Assembly: GCA_963696935.1 (NCBI GenBank)
Contig: CAVOMB010000049.1
Coordinates: 9,867-73,866, forward strand
Reading direction: 5' to 3'
Length of the DNA: 64,000 nt
From: an uncultured Thermoleophilia bacterium
GTDB lineage: Bacteria > Actinomycetota > Thermoleophilia > UBA2241
The translations under genes and the position numbers were made by a program. Shown here piece by piece: positions 8,255 through 18,827 of this stretch; position 1 is the stretch's first letter; each line of letters opens with the position of its first letter. Under the pieces are notes generated by a model. That model was given only the letters and a program-made list of their open reading frames with translations. It had not been told where the DNA came from and searched no databases.

Positions 8255-11027
8255 ATGTGCGGAATCTTCGGCTTTGCAGGCCTGCCCGACCGGCAGCTTC
8301 TCGGGCGCATGGGCGCCGCCATCGTGCACCGCGGCCCCGACGACGCCGGCGCCTTCGAGACCCCGTCCGTCAGTCTCGGCCATCGTCGTCTCAGCATCAT
8401 CGACCGTGAGGGTGGCCATCAGCCCGTGGCCAACGAGGACGAGACCGTCTGGCTCGTCTATAACGGCGAGGTCTACAACTATCGCGAGCTGCGCACTGAG
8501 CTTGAGGCCGCCGGCCACACGTTCCGCACGCACTGCGACTCCGAGGTCATCGTCCACGCCTACGAGGAGTGGGGCCCGGCCTGCGCCGCGCGCTTCAACG
8601 GCATGTGGGCGTTCGCCATCGCCGACATGCGCGGCGCCGGTGAGGACGGGCGCGGCGGCAAGCTCGTGCTGAACCGCGACCACTTCGGTATCAAGCCGCT
8701 CTACTACGCACGGTCCCCGAAGAGCGGCCGCCTGCTCTTCGCCAGCGAGATCAAGGCCCTGCTGCAGGACCCTGAGCTCGTTGCGGAGCCGGACGAGCAG
8801 ATGATCTTCGAGTACCTGCAGCACGGGTTTCACGACCACCGCGCCGAGACGTTCTTCAAGGGCGTGTACCACGTCCCGTCGGCCACCTGGGTCGAGCTGC
8901 GGCTCGACGAGGCCGCGGCGTCCGACGCCGCCGCGGCGCCTGGCATGCTCTCGGCCCCGCTCGAGAGCGCGGCCTACTGGACGCCGGCGCTCAGCACCGA
9001 CGGTGGCGACGACCCGGCCGACTTCCGGCGCCGCTTCCGCGAGAGCGTCGAGCGGCGCCTCGTCTCCGAGGTCCCCGTCGGCTCCTGCCTCTCCGGAGGC
9101 CTCGACTCGACGACGATCATCAGTTTCATGAGCGAGCTCCTCAAAGAGGGTGCGCCCGACGCCGCGTCCTTGCGCGGCCAGCTCAAGACCTTCAGCGCCG
9201 TGTTCGATGGCGACCCTATCGACGAGCGCGAGTACATAGAGACCGCCGTCGAGAGCACCGGCGCCGACACCACCTACACCAACCCGACGTCGCACGAGTT
9301 CATCGGCGAGCTGCGCGACTTCGTCTGGCACCAGGAAGAACCCATCGTCAGCACCGGCCCGTACGCGCAGTGGTGCGTCATGCGCTCGGCGCGCGAGCAG
9401 GTCACCGTGCTGCTCGACGGCCAGGGCGGCGACGAGCTGCATCGCCGGTTACGTGCCGTACCAGCTGGTCTACCTGCGCCAGCTGCGCAAAGAAGGCAAG
9501 TACGCGGAGCTGCGCGAGGAGAGCACTGCCGCGCGCGACGTGCTGTGGCCGCTGGCCAAGCGCCGCCTCAAGCAGCGGCGCAGGCAGCTCCCGACGCAGA
9601 AGCTCCTCCGTCGGGACTTCCTCGCCCGCACCACCGACCCCGGGTACGGGCGCTCCCAGTCGGAGCTCAAGGAGCGCCTGCTCCAGGACCTGCTCACCTT
9701 CAGCCTGCCGTGCCTGCTCCGCTACGAGGACCGCAACTCCATGGCGTTCAGCATCGAGAGCCGGGTGCCGTACCTCGACCAGGAGTTCGTCGACCACATC
9801 CTGAGCCTGCCGGAGGACGCGATCGTGCGTCACGGCTGGAGCCGCTGGATCTTGCGCGCCGCGCTCAAGGGCACGCTGCCCGAGAAGATCCGCCTGCGCC
9901 GCTGGAAGGTCGGTTTCACCACGCCGGAGATGCGCTGGATCAAGGCGCGCCGTGCGGCGTTCACCAGCCTGTACCAGTCGCCCTCGTTCATGGCGCGGTC
10001 GTACTGGGATGGCGAGGCCGTGGTGCAGGCGTTCCGCGCCTGCTGCAAGGGCGAGGTGGAGGAGAGCATGTTCTTCTGGCGCGCCGCCAACGTCGAGCTG
10101 TGGCTGCGCGAGTTCGTGGACCGCAGCGTGGTGCTGGAGGACGTCGACATCGAGGTCGCGCTGCGAGCGTCCGTCCCCGTCGGCCCCATCCACCGCGGCG
10201 GTATCGCCCAGCCGGGCGACGCGCGCGTGCCGGCGCTGCTGGCCGCGGCCGCGGGCCCGCAGGGCCCCGCCGCGGCCGCCGAGGCCGAGCGCCTGCTCGC
10301 CGGGTTCTCTCCGAACGAGGAGAAGCACCTGTTCGCCGTCGCCGGCGGCACGGTTTTCGCCCGCCTGCCGCTGCACACCGACCTCGTCGCCCGCGGCGAC
10401 GACCTCGACTTGGTGATGGAACGCCACGTCGTCCCGCACATCAAGCCGGGCGACCTGGTCGTGATGGCCGAGAAGCCCATCGCCGCCAGCCAGGGCCGCA
10501 GCTACGCGCTGGACGAGATCCACCCGACGCGGCTCGCCAAGGTGCTCAGCAAGGCCGTCACCAAGACGCCGCACGGCATCGGTCTGGGCATCCCCGAGAC
10601 CATGCAGCTGGCCATCGACGAGGCCGGCGCGCCGCGCATCGTCGCCGCCGCGGCCGTCTCCGCCGCCGGCAAGGTCGTCGGCAAGCGCGGCCTGTTCTAC
10701 AAGGTCGCCGGCGCCGACGTGGAGGCCATCGACGGCCCCACCTGGAACACGCTGCCGCCGCACAACACCCATGCCAAGCTCGGCCCGGCCGATCCGGACG
10801 GCGTGGCGGCGCACTTGGCGAACGTTCTGAGCGATGCCGTAGGCGGACGCGTCGAGTTCGTCGTCATCGACGCCAACGACCTCACGGCCACCGTGCTCGG
10901 CGCCTCTCCCGGCGCCGACCGTGGCCTCGCCAAGCGCCTCATGCGCGACAACCCGCTCGGCCAGGGCCACGAGCAGACGCCGGTCTGCGTTCTGCGCCCG
11001 CTCGGCCCCCTGCCCTCGCAGAGCTGA
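8255..11027 (+). CDS. asnB: Asparagine synthase-type (class II) glutamine amidotransferase fused to a C-terminal CofE/F420-0:gamma-glutamyl ligase-like domain; 1-base insertion at ~9440
   Basis: MCGI, HRGPDD, GHRRLSIID, NGEVYN, LSGGLDS, DGQGGDEL|IAGY, EDRNSMAFSIESRVPYLD; then GDLVVMAEKPIAASQGR, IDG, VIDANDL, DNPLGQGHEQTP. Confidence 0.85.
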
Positions 11028-11175
11028 CCCGGCGGCGGCGTTCGCCGCCCCCTCTTCTGCAGCGCGGTTCACCCGTCTGGGGTGACGACCGCGCCTGCCT
11101 TCGACTCCTAGGCTGCCTGACGAGACAGGCGCCCCTCTGGCGGAGCGCCGGGAGGTACCAGAGACGGAGGCGGTC

Positions 11176-11437
11176 ATGGCGACGGACACGGTGACGGGCG
11201 AGACACGACGGACGGCCGAGCCCGTGGTGGTGATGCGGGCGGTCAAGAAGGCGGTGGTGGTGTACGGCGACTGCAGATACCACGTGCCGCAAGCGACTGG
11301 GCCCGGCAGCTGGTGCGGGCCGCGGCGCGCGGAGCTACGAGGACCCGGTCGAGGTCCGTCAGATGGCCTGCAGGGCCTTTGAGGCGTGGCCGGAGGGCAG
11401 CCCGGTCCCGGCGTTCCTCGCGGCGATGCGGTTCTGA
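11176..11437 (+). CDS. Small hypothetical protein, probably frameshifted at ~11337
   Basis: GGAGG RBS before the ATG; removing one base gives ..DCRYH..WCGPRRAELEDPVEVRQMACRAFEAWPEGSPVPAFLAAMRF with high-GC3 codons. Confidence 0.45.
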
Positions 11438-11612
11438 CCTCACTCGGGCCGCGACTCGGCTTCGGGTGGGCGAGGGCTACACGTGAAGTGACCCTCGCCC
11501 GTCCGTTCTGCGTAAGGAGTCCGGCGCACGCTCTCGTCACTCGCAGGTGACCGCGGTGGCCCTCCGGTGTATAACGTGCCTCGTCAGAGGCGCCTACGAG
11601 GAGGGTCACGCG

Positions 11613-12557
11613 GTGAGCGTCGTCGAGGTCCAGGAGCTGCGCAAGCAGTACGACCCGCCCAAAGGCGTGCTCGCCGTAGACGGGGTGAGCTTCGACATCG
11701 CCGAAGGCGAGATCTTCAGCCTGCTCGGTCCCAACGGCGCCGGCAAGAGCACCACCATCTCCATGCTGAGCTGCCTGCTCAAGCCGAGCGGCGGCGACGC
11801 CGTCATCAGCGGCCACTCCGTCGTGAGCGACGCGCAGGCCGTCAAGGAGACCATCGGCGTCGTCCCGCAGGACGTCGCGCTGTACCCGGACATGAGCGCG
11901 CGTGAGAACCTCGTGTTCTGGGGGCGGATGTACGGGCTCTCCGGCGACGCGCTCAAGAAGCGGGTCGACGAGGTGCTGGAGCTCATCACGCTCGTCGACC
12001 GTCAGAAGGACCGCGTCGACAAGTTCAGCGGCGGCATGAAACGGCGCGTCAACATCGGCGTCGCGCTGCTGCACAAGCCCAGGGTGCTGTACCTCGACGA
12101 GCCGACGGTGGGGATCGACCCGCAGAGCCGCCGGTCGATCCTCGACGGCATCCTGGCGCTGCGCGACCAGGGGATGACGATCCTCTACACGACGCACTAC
12201 ATGGCCGAGGCGCAGGAGCTCAGCGACCGCATCGGCATCGTCGACCACGGCAAGATGATCGCCCTCGGCACGCACGAGGAGCTGGTGAAGATCGTCGGCG
12301 AGGGCGCGCGCGTCACCGCCCGAGTGGACCACTACCTCGAGGGCATGGCCGAGCGCTGGCGCGAGGTCCAAGGCGTTAAGAAGGTCGACGTCGAGGAGGA
12401 CAAGACCGTGCTCCTCACGGAGGACCCGAACGAGGTGCTGCCGCGGCTGTTCGAGGCGGCGGCCGCGGCCGGCTCGCGCATCACCGAGATCAACGTCACC
12501 GAGCCGAACCTCGAGATGGTGTTCCTGTACCTCACCGGCCGCGCGCTCAGAGAATGA
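11613..12557 (+). CDS. ABC-2 (DrrA/LnrL-like) exporter ATP-binding subunit
   Basis: Walker A GPNGAGKST, FSGGMKRR, LYLDEPT, TTHYM. Confidence 0.93.
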   Translation: MSVVEVQELRKQYDPPKGVLAVDGVSFDIAEGEIFSLLGPNGAGKSTTISMLSCLLKPSGGDAVISGHSVVSDAQAVKETIGVVPQDVALYPDMSARENLVFWGRMYGLSGDALKKRVDEVLELITLVDRQKDRVDKFSGGMKRRVNIGVALLHKPRVLYLDEPTVGIDPQSRRSILDGILALRDQGMTILYTTHYMAEAQELSDRIGIVDHGKMIALGTHEELVKIVGEGARVTARVDHYLEGMAERWREVQGVKKVDVEEDKTVLLTEDPNEVLPRLFEAAAAAGSRITEINVTEPNLEMVFLYLTGRALRE

Positions 12558-12617
12558 TCGCCGAAGGCGGATCATCGTCGGTGCGCCGCAGGTGCACTCG
12601 ACAGTAGGCGTCGATTG

Positions 12618-13859
12618 ATGAAGATACTCGCCATCGCCTGGAAGGACCTGCGCAGCACGCTGCGCAACCGGCCGGCGCTCATCATGATGCTGGTCACGCC
12701 GCTCGCGCTGGCAGCCCTGCTCGGGTTCGCCTTCGGCGGCGGCAGCGGCGGGTTCGACATCGCCGCCACCAAGGTCGTGGTGGCGAACCTGGACAAGGGC
12801 GGCGCGCAGGCCGGCCAGAACGCCGGCGTCGCCATCCAGAACATCCTGACGAGCAAGGACCTGAAGGACGTGCTCGACACGAGCACGGCCACGGCCGCGG
12901 CGACGGTCCGGAAGGCCGTCGACGACGGCAAGGCCGCCGTCGCCGTCGTCATCCCCGAGGACTTCAGCGCCGAGGTCTACGGCAGCGACGCCGTGGCGAA
13001 GAGTCAGGTCGAGCTCTACGAGAACCCGACCGCCGAGATCGGCGGCTCCATCGTCGAGGGCGTCGTCGACCAGGTGCTGGCCGACTTCAACGGCGCTCGC
13101 GCGGCCGCTGCCGGCGCCGTGGCGCTGCGCTCCGACTCCGCCGGCGACCTGCCGGCAGCGCAGGTCGCCGCCTCGGCCGCCGAGACCTTCAGCCACGCCG
13201 GCGGCGCGTCGTCCGGCCTCAAGATCAGCCAGCGCTCGCCGCAGGCCGGCAAGACAGAGAAGCAGGTCAGCGTCACCGGCCAGATCCTCGCCGGCATGAT
13301 GATCTTCTTCATGTTCTTCGGCGCGGCGAATGTGGCGCGGACGATCCTCACCGAGGACCGCGACGGCACCATGCCGCGCCTGTTCACCACGCCCACGCGG
13401 CACGGCACGATCATCGCCGGCAAGTTCGTCTCGGTGTTCGTGACCATCCTGGTGCAGGCGATCGTGCTGCTCATCGCCGGTCGCATCATCTTCGGCATCC
13501 AGTGGGGCCGCATCGACGCCGTCGTGCTCCTCACGGTCTGCGCCGCCGGAGTGGCCGGCGGCCTCGCGCTCCTCGTCATCTCGTTCGCCAAGACTCCGGC
13601 GCAGGCGGGCGCCATCGGCTCCGGTATCTACCTCGTGCTGGCGCTGCTGGGCGGCAACTTCACCGGCACCGCGCAGTCAAGCGGGACCTACGCCACGGTG
13701 CAGAAGTTCACGCCCAACGGCTGGCTCATCGACGGCTGGGACGTGGCTATGCGCGGCGGCGGCCCCGGCGACATCCGCTGGCAGGTCCTGGTGCCGCTCG
13801 GGTTCGCCGTCGCCTTCTTCTTCTTCGCCGTGCTCAGGATGCGGAGGCGGTTCTCGTGA
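12618..13859 (+). CDS. ABC-2 exporter permease
   Basis: IAWKDL N-terminus, extracellular domain, E.RDGTMPRLFTTP motif, C-terminal TM helices. Confidence 0.9.
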   Translation: MKILAIAWKDLRSTLRNRPALIMMLVTPLALAALLGFAFGGGSGGFDIAATKVVVANLDKGGAQAGQNAGVAIQNILTSKDLKDVLDTSTATAAATVRKAVDDGKAAVAVVIPEDFSAEVYGSDAVAKSQVELYENPTAEIGGSIVEGVVDQVLADFNGARAAAAGAVALRSDSAGDLPAAQVAASAAETFSHAGGASSGLKISQRSPQAGKTEKQVSVTGQILAGMMIFFMFFGAANVARTILTEDRDGTMPRLFTTPTRHGTIIAGKFVSVFVTILVQAIVLLIAGRIIFGIQWGRIDAVVLLTVCAAGVAGGLALLVISFAKTPAQAGAIGSGIYLVLALLGGNFTGTAQSSGTYATVQKFTPNGWLIDGWDVAMRGGGPGDIRWQVLVPLGFAVAFFFFAVLRMRRRFS

Positions 13860-15073
13860 AGCTCGCCGCGCTCCTCGCTCGCAAGGACCTCCAGCAGACC
13901 GTTCGCGACAGGCTGTCGTTCGTCTTCATCCTGGTCATGCCGCTGGCGTTCACGCTGTTCTTCGGGCTCCTGTTCGGCGCCAACAGCAGCAGCAACAAGC
14001 TACCGCTGGCGGTGTGGGATGCGGACGGCGGCGCCGCGGCGAACCAGCTCGTCGCCGCTCTGGACAAGTCCGCGGTCGTCACCGTCGTCTCCAAGCAGGG
14101 GAGCGCGTTCGAGAAGTGGATGGCCGACGAACGCGCCGCCGCAGGGCTCGTCATCCCGAAGGGCTACAGCGCGGCGGTCGCCGACGGCAAGCAGGCCGAC
14201 CTGGTCATCGTCTCGACGCAGGGCTCGAGTGGCGCCTCCACGGCGGCGAGTGAGGTACGGACGCTCGCCGGCGATCAGGTCACAGTGGAGCTCGCGTCGC
14301 GCGCGGCTGCCCAGGCGGTGTGGGCGACACGCTCGTACCCCGCGGGCGCCTACGACAAAGTAGTGGCGGAAAGTGCGGCTCAGGCCAGGCCCGTGGTGGC
14401 CCAGGCGCTGGCGTCGCCGGCCTTGAGCACCAAGGTCGTCGAGGCCGGCGCCGCCGCCAACCAGACCCCGAGCGGCTTCATCCTCAGTTCGCCGGGCATG
14501 ATGGTGAACTTCATCCTCTTCAGCCTCATGACGGCCGGCATCGCGCTGATCGTCGAGCGGCAGAACGGCACGCTACAGCGCCTCATGACCACGCGTCTCC
14601 GGCGTTGGGAGCTCATCGGCGGCAAGGCGGCGGGCATGTTCCTGCTGACCTTCGCACAGCAGGTGCTGCTGATCGGCGTCGCCCAGATCTTCTTCGGCGT
14701 GGACTACCTGCGCGACCCGGCGGCCCTGCTGGTCATGATGGTCTCGCTCTCGCTGGTGGCGAGCACACTAGGACTGCTGCTCGCCTCCGTGATGAAGAAC
14801 GAGCAGGCGCTCATCGCGACCACGGTGCTGGTCTCCATGGCCGTGGCCGCGCTCTCGGGTGCCTGGTTCCCGCTGGAGATCGCCGGCCAGGGGTTCCAGA
14901 CCGTCAGCCACCTGCTGCCGACGGCGTGGATCCTGGACGGCCTGCGCGGCATCGTGGTGCGAGGGTTCAGCGTCGCCGACGTGCTGCCCGCGTTCCTGCT
15001 CTCGCTGGCGTGGTCCGGCGGGTTCTTCGTGCTCGCCATCTGGCACTTCCGCCTGAGCGAGTTGCCTGCGTAG
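13856..15073 (+). CDS. ABC-2 exporter permease
   Basis: GTGA overlap with the previous gene; LARKDL, ERQNGTLQRL, SGAWFPLE. Confidence 0.9.
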   Translation: MKLAALLARKDLQQTVRDRLSFVFILVMPLAFTLFFGLLFGANSSSNKLPLAVWDADGGAAANQLVAALDKSAVVTVVSKQGSAFEKWMADERAAAGLVIPKGYSAAVADGKQADLVIVSTQGSSGASTAASEVRTLAGDQVTVELASRAAAQAVWATRSYPAGAYDKVVAESAAQARPVVAQALASPALSTKVVEAGAAANQTPSGFILSSPGMMVNFILFSLMTAGIALIVERQNGTLQRLMTTRLRRWELIGGKAAGMFLLTFAQQVLLIGVAQIFFGVDYLRDPAALLVMMVSLSLVASTLGLLLASVMKNEQALIATTVLVSMAVAALSGAWFPLEIAGQGFQTVSHLLPTAWILDGLRGIVVRGFSVADVLPAFLLSLAWSGGFFVLAIWHFRLSELPA

Positions 15074-15212
15074 CTTCGCTATGGTCGGGTGCGGCGTAGC
15101 GGCACCCGACTGTGAGTCTCAGCCGCACCGGACGCGCCTCTCAGCCGTGTCTCAGCTTCTATGGGTATTCATAGAACCACAGCTCATCGACGCACGATCC
15201 AAGCGAGGCGGC

Positions 15213-16655
15213 ATGTCTGACCACCCGACACCCACCGGGCCCTTCGAGGAGCCCGGATCAAGTACGGCGAACACCTCCGTCCGCGTGACCACATCGGTGA
15301 CCCCCACCGGTGGAGGCGGCATCACCTGGTACACGACGACTCCCGCCCCCGAGGCGAGACCACCAGCGGGCGGCGGGGGGCGCGGGCGGCGCGGGCGGCG
15401 CCGTCTCGGCCGCCTCGTGGCGGTCGTGGCGCTGGCGGCGGCCTTGCTCATCTCCGGTGTGGCGGTCGCCAGGCACTTCTCTGCGTCCGGCGTCTCCACG
15501 ACGTCGCTGACGCAGCCGGCCGCGCCCGGCGCGACCCAGCAGCAGCCGCCCTCGATCGGCGGCGATGGCGGCGCGGCTCCCTCGACCGGGTCCGGTTCGG
15601 CCGGCTCGGCGACGACCGCGGACGTCAGCGCGATCGCCGCCAAGGTCAGCCCGGCGATCGTCAACATCACCGTCAGCAACGACTACACGTCGTCCGGCGG
15701 CGCCGCCACGGGCATCGTCCTCACCTCGGACGGCTACGTGCTGACCAACAACCACGTGATCGACGGGGCGACGGACGTCCAGGCGGTCGACGTCGGCAAC
15801 GGCCAGACGTACGCGGCGACCGTGATCGGCTACGACGCGACCCACGACGTCGCGCTCATCAAGCTCGACGGCGCCTCGGGTCTCACCACGGCCGGCATCG
15901 GTGATTCGTCTTCGTTGGCCGTCGGCGACACCGTCGTGGGCATCGGCAACGCCGGCGGCGACGGCGGCGAACCCACGGTGGCAGTCGGCGCGGTGCTCGC
16001 CCTCGACCAGCAGATCGTCGCCAGCGACCAGGCCGACGGCAGCGCGGAGCAGCTGAGCGGCCTGATCCAGACCGACGCCGACATCCAGTCGGGCGACTCC
16101 GGCGGTCCGCTGGTGAACGCCGACGGCGAGGTCATCGGCGTGATGACGGCCGCCTCCACTACCAATCAGTCGTACGGCGCCGGCTTGTCCGACACCATGG
16201 GCTTCGCCGTCCCCATTGCGACCGCCCTGCAGATCGTCGACCAGATCAAGAGCGGCAGCGCCTCCGGAACGGTCCACATCGGCGAGACCGGGTTCCTCGG
16301 CGTGCAGACCGCCTCCACCAGCTCCCAGAGCGCCGGAGGATCCGGCGCCAACGGGTACAGCGACCCCTACGGCTACAGCGACCCGTACGGCAACGGCAGC
16401 GGGTCGAGCGGGCAGTCGGGATCGTCCGGCGCCGCGGTGACCGACGTGGTCTCCGGGTCGCCCGCCGCCAAGGCCGGCCTGACCGCGGGCGACACCATCA
16501 CCGCGGTGGACGGCGACGCCGTGTCGTCGGCCTCAGGCCTCAGCGACCTGATCGCCGCGCACCACCCCGGCGACTCGGTGACCGTCATCTGGACCGACTC
16601 GTCCGGCTCGCAGAAGTCCGCGTCCGTGACGCTCGCGCAGGGGCCGGCCAAGTGA
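15213..16655 (+). CDS. HtrA/DegP-like membrane-anchored serine protease with PDZ domain
   Basis: TNNHV, DVALIK, GDSGGPL catalytic triad motifs; C-terminal PDZ GSPAAKAGL. Confidence 0.93.
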   Translation: MSDHPTPTGPFEEPGSSTANTSVRVTTSVTPTGGGGITWYTTTPAPEARPPAGGGGRGRRGRRRLGRLVAVVALAAALLISGVAVARHFSASGVSTTSLTQPAAPGATQQQPPSIGGDGGAAPSTGSGSAGSATTADVSAIAAKVSPAIVNITVSNDYTSSGGAATGIVLTSDGYVLTNNHVIDGATDVQAVDVGNGQTYAATVIGYDATHDVALIKLDGASGLTTAGIGDSSSLAVGDTVVGIGNAGGDGGEPTVAVGAVLALDQQIVASDQADGSAEQLSGLIQTDADIQSGDSGGPLVNADGEVIGVMTAASTTNQSYGAGLSDTMGFAVPIATALQIVDQIKSGSASGTVHIGETGFLGVQTASTSSQSAGGSGANGYSDPYGYSDPYGNGSGSSGQSGSSGAAVTDVVSGSPAAKAGLTAGDTITAVDGDAVSSASGLSDLIAAHHPGDSVTVIWTDSSGSQKSASVTLAQGPAK

Positions 16656-16687
16656 GCCGGGGCCGGCGCTGACGGGCGCTGAAGACG

Positions 16688-16730
16688 GAGAGGGCGGGGC
16701 CGCCCAGGATCGGCGGCCCCGCCCTCTCTT
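16688..16730. terminator. GC-rich stem-loop between convergent genes
   Basis: gagagggcggggccgcc / ggcggccccgccctctc inverted repeat. Confidence 0.8.
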
Positions 16731-16772
16731 CGTCTCCGCCCGGTCCGGTCGCGGCCCCGCCGGGCGCCGGCC

Positions 16773-17087
16773 TCAGGTCTTGGACGGCTTGATGCTGGCG
16801 TCCTTGGGCAGCGCCAGCCCGGCCTCCACCTCTATCGCCTTGATGATGCCGCTCGGCACCGGGCAGGCGGGGTGGACCAGGTGCTCGGCGGCGAGCTTGA
16901 GGGTCACAGGACCTTCGCCGCGGTAGCTGATCTCCTTGTACGGGTCGACCTCCGTGAGCGCCTCGGCCAGCTGCTCCACGTACCCGCAGTCCGTCTCGAA
17001 CTCCACCCTCACCGTGCGGCCCTCACTCGTCGTCGTGACGGTGGTGCAGAACCCGCAGATGCCGCTCTCGATCTCGGCCTTGGCCAT
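16773..17087 (-). CDS. DUF6951-like small Cys-containing protein
   Basis: GICGF, TDC, HPACPVPSGIIKAIEVEAGLALPKD; GAGGAGG RBS. Confidence 0.75.
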   Translation of the reverse strand: MAKAEIESGICGFCTTVTTTSEGRTVRVEFETDCGYVEQLAEALTEVDPYKEISYRGEGPVTLKLAAEHLVHPACPVPSGIIKAIEVEAGLALPKDASIKPSKT

Positions 17088-17360
17088 CAATCCTCCTCGC
17101 GTGATCGTCCGTTGTCGCCATCATACCCGGCGGGGTATCTGTCACGCCTTCAACGTCCCCGCATTCCCGCGTGGAACGGGAGCGGATACCTACCCAGGTC
17201 GGGAATCCCTGCTCACTCGCAGTGGGGTACGGATGCCGAAAGATCTAGGGCACGGGCAAGCAGGCACGTAGAGGGGACCATGGGGCTGCAACCAGAGATC
17301 GCCGGGAACCGGCTCGTGTCGGGAAGCAGGGACTGAGTGGCGTGCCGCGCCGGGTCCGCG

Positions 17361-18827
17361 TCAGGGCCAGGGGAGCACCGAGACGGCATGCTCCACGAGC
17401 CGCATGAGCGGCGAGGGGTACACGCCGAACACCACCAGGACCACGGTGAGCACTCCCATGACGGCGATGCTCGCCGCGCCGCCGGCCGCCGCCAGGCGCT
17501 CCGCGGGAACGGCGCCGGCCGGTTCGAGCTCCTCGGGCCGGCCCACGTACATCGCCACGATCAGCCGTGTGTAGTAGTACAGGCCGATCGTGCTGCTCAG
17601 GACCAGGATGACGACGAGCGCCCACAGCGCCGCTCCGCCGCCGGCGGTGACGATCAGGAACTTGCCGATGAAGCCCATCGTCAGCGGCATGCCGGCGAGT
17701 GAGAGCAGGGCGACCGTGAAGATCGCCGCCAGCCACGGTCGCCGCGCGCCGAGCCCACGGTAGTCGAGCATCAGGTCGGCGTCGCGCTCGCCGCTCGAGA
17801 GCACCGTCACCACGCCGAACGCCACCAGTGAGGTGGCGAAGTAGGCGACGAGGTAGAAGCCCACGGCCACGCCGGCGCGCTCCCCGCTGGCCAGGAAGGC
17901 GACGAGCAGGTAGCCCAGGTGGGCGATGGAGGAGTACGCCAGGATGCGCTTGACGTTGTCCTGGCGCAGCGCCAGCAGGTTGCCGGCGAGCATGGAAGCG
18001 ATGGCCACCGCGGCCAGTGCCAGGAACAGGGTCGACGAGGTGTCCGAGCTCACCGGCAGCATGTAGCGGAGCAGCAGCGCGAACACGGCGCCCTTGGACA
18101 CCGTGGCGATGTAGGCGGTCACCGGTGCGGGGGAGCCCTGGTACACGTCCGGCGTCCACATGTGGAACGGCACGACGGCCAGCTTGAAGCCCACCCCGAC
18201 CAGGATCATGACGACGCCGACGGTGATGACGGCGGACTCGGATCCGAGGCCGGCGATCAGCTTGCAGACGCCGGCCGCGGTCATGGTCCCGCCCTCGGCG
18301 TAGACGAGAGCCATGCCGAAGATGAGGAACGCCGAGGTGGCGCCGGCGAGCACCAGGTACTTCACCGCCGCCTCGACGGCGTCCGCGCGGAACACGGGGT
18401 AGACGATGAGCGAGTACAGCGAGACGCTCAGGATCTCCAGACCGAGGAAGAACGAGGCGAACTGCGTGCTGGCCACGAGCGCGGCTCCGCCGAGCGTGGC
18501 CGTCAGGAGCAGTACATAGTACTCCTCGGGGTGCAGCGGCAGGCGCTGGAGGTAGCCCCGTGAGAGGACGACGACGACGGCCGTCGCGGCTGTGAGCAGG
18601 CCGATGAAGAAGAGCGTGTACGCGTCCATCGAGATCAGCGGCGTGACCACGCGCGACGCGCGCGAGGCCGAGACGAACAGCAGGCCGAACGTCACGCCCA
18701 GGCCGCAGAGCGTGAGCACGAACGCCAGCGTGTGCGAGCGCCGGAACGCGGCCGCCAGCATCACGACCACCGGCGCGAGCGTGAGCGCGATGAGCGGCGA
18801 GATGGTGAGGAGGTCGCCGGCCTTCAC
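17361..18827 (-). CDS. nuoN: NADH-quinone oxidoreductase subunit N
   Basis: EAAVKY, FKLAVVPFHMWTPDVYQG, KRILAYSSIAHLG. Confidence 0.95.
   Translation of the reverse strand: MKAGDLLTISPLIALTLAPVVVMLAAAFRRSHTLAFVLTLCGLGVTFGLLFVSASRASRVVTPLISMDAYTLFFIGLLTAATAVVVVLSRGYLQRLPLHPEEYYVLLLTATLGGAALVASTQFASFFLGLEILSVSLYSLIVYPVFRADAVEAAVKYLVLAGATSAFLIFGMALVYAEGGTMTAAGVCKLIAGLGSESAVITVGVVMILVGVGFKLAVVPFHMWTPDVYQGSPAPVTAYIATVSKGAVFALLLRYMLPVSSDTSSTLFLALAAVAIASMLAGNLLALRQDNVKRILAYSSIAHLGYLLVAFLASGERAGVAVGFYLVAYFATSLVAFGVVTVLSSGERDADLMLDYRGLGARRPWLAAIFTVALLSLAGMPLTMGFIGKFLIVTAGGGAALWALVVILVLSSTIGLYYYTRLIVAMYVGRPEELEPAGAVPAERLAAAGGAASIAVMGVLTVVLVVFGVYPSPLMRLVEHAVSVLPWP

Noticed and set aside
9430-9450. Programmed frameshift in asnB
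   Set aside because: No slippery sequence; the break falls within the conserved GDE..GY motif and matches the pattern of scattered 1-base insertions.
9402-13403. Very long alternative ORFs (e.g. 9402-13403, 38002-41805, 57528-60278, 1932-3977)
   Set aside because: Antisense or off-frame shadows of real genes, expected at high GC3; no family motifs.
16354-16392. GYSDPY x2 repeat in HtrA
   Set aside because: Ordinary low-complexity linker duplication.
17200-17340. raiA-motif RNA, 6S RNA or c-di-AMP riboswitch
   Set aside because: Only short word matches; the conserved cores could not be aligned, so it is left unassigned.
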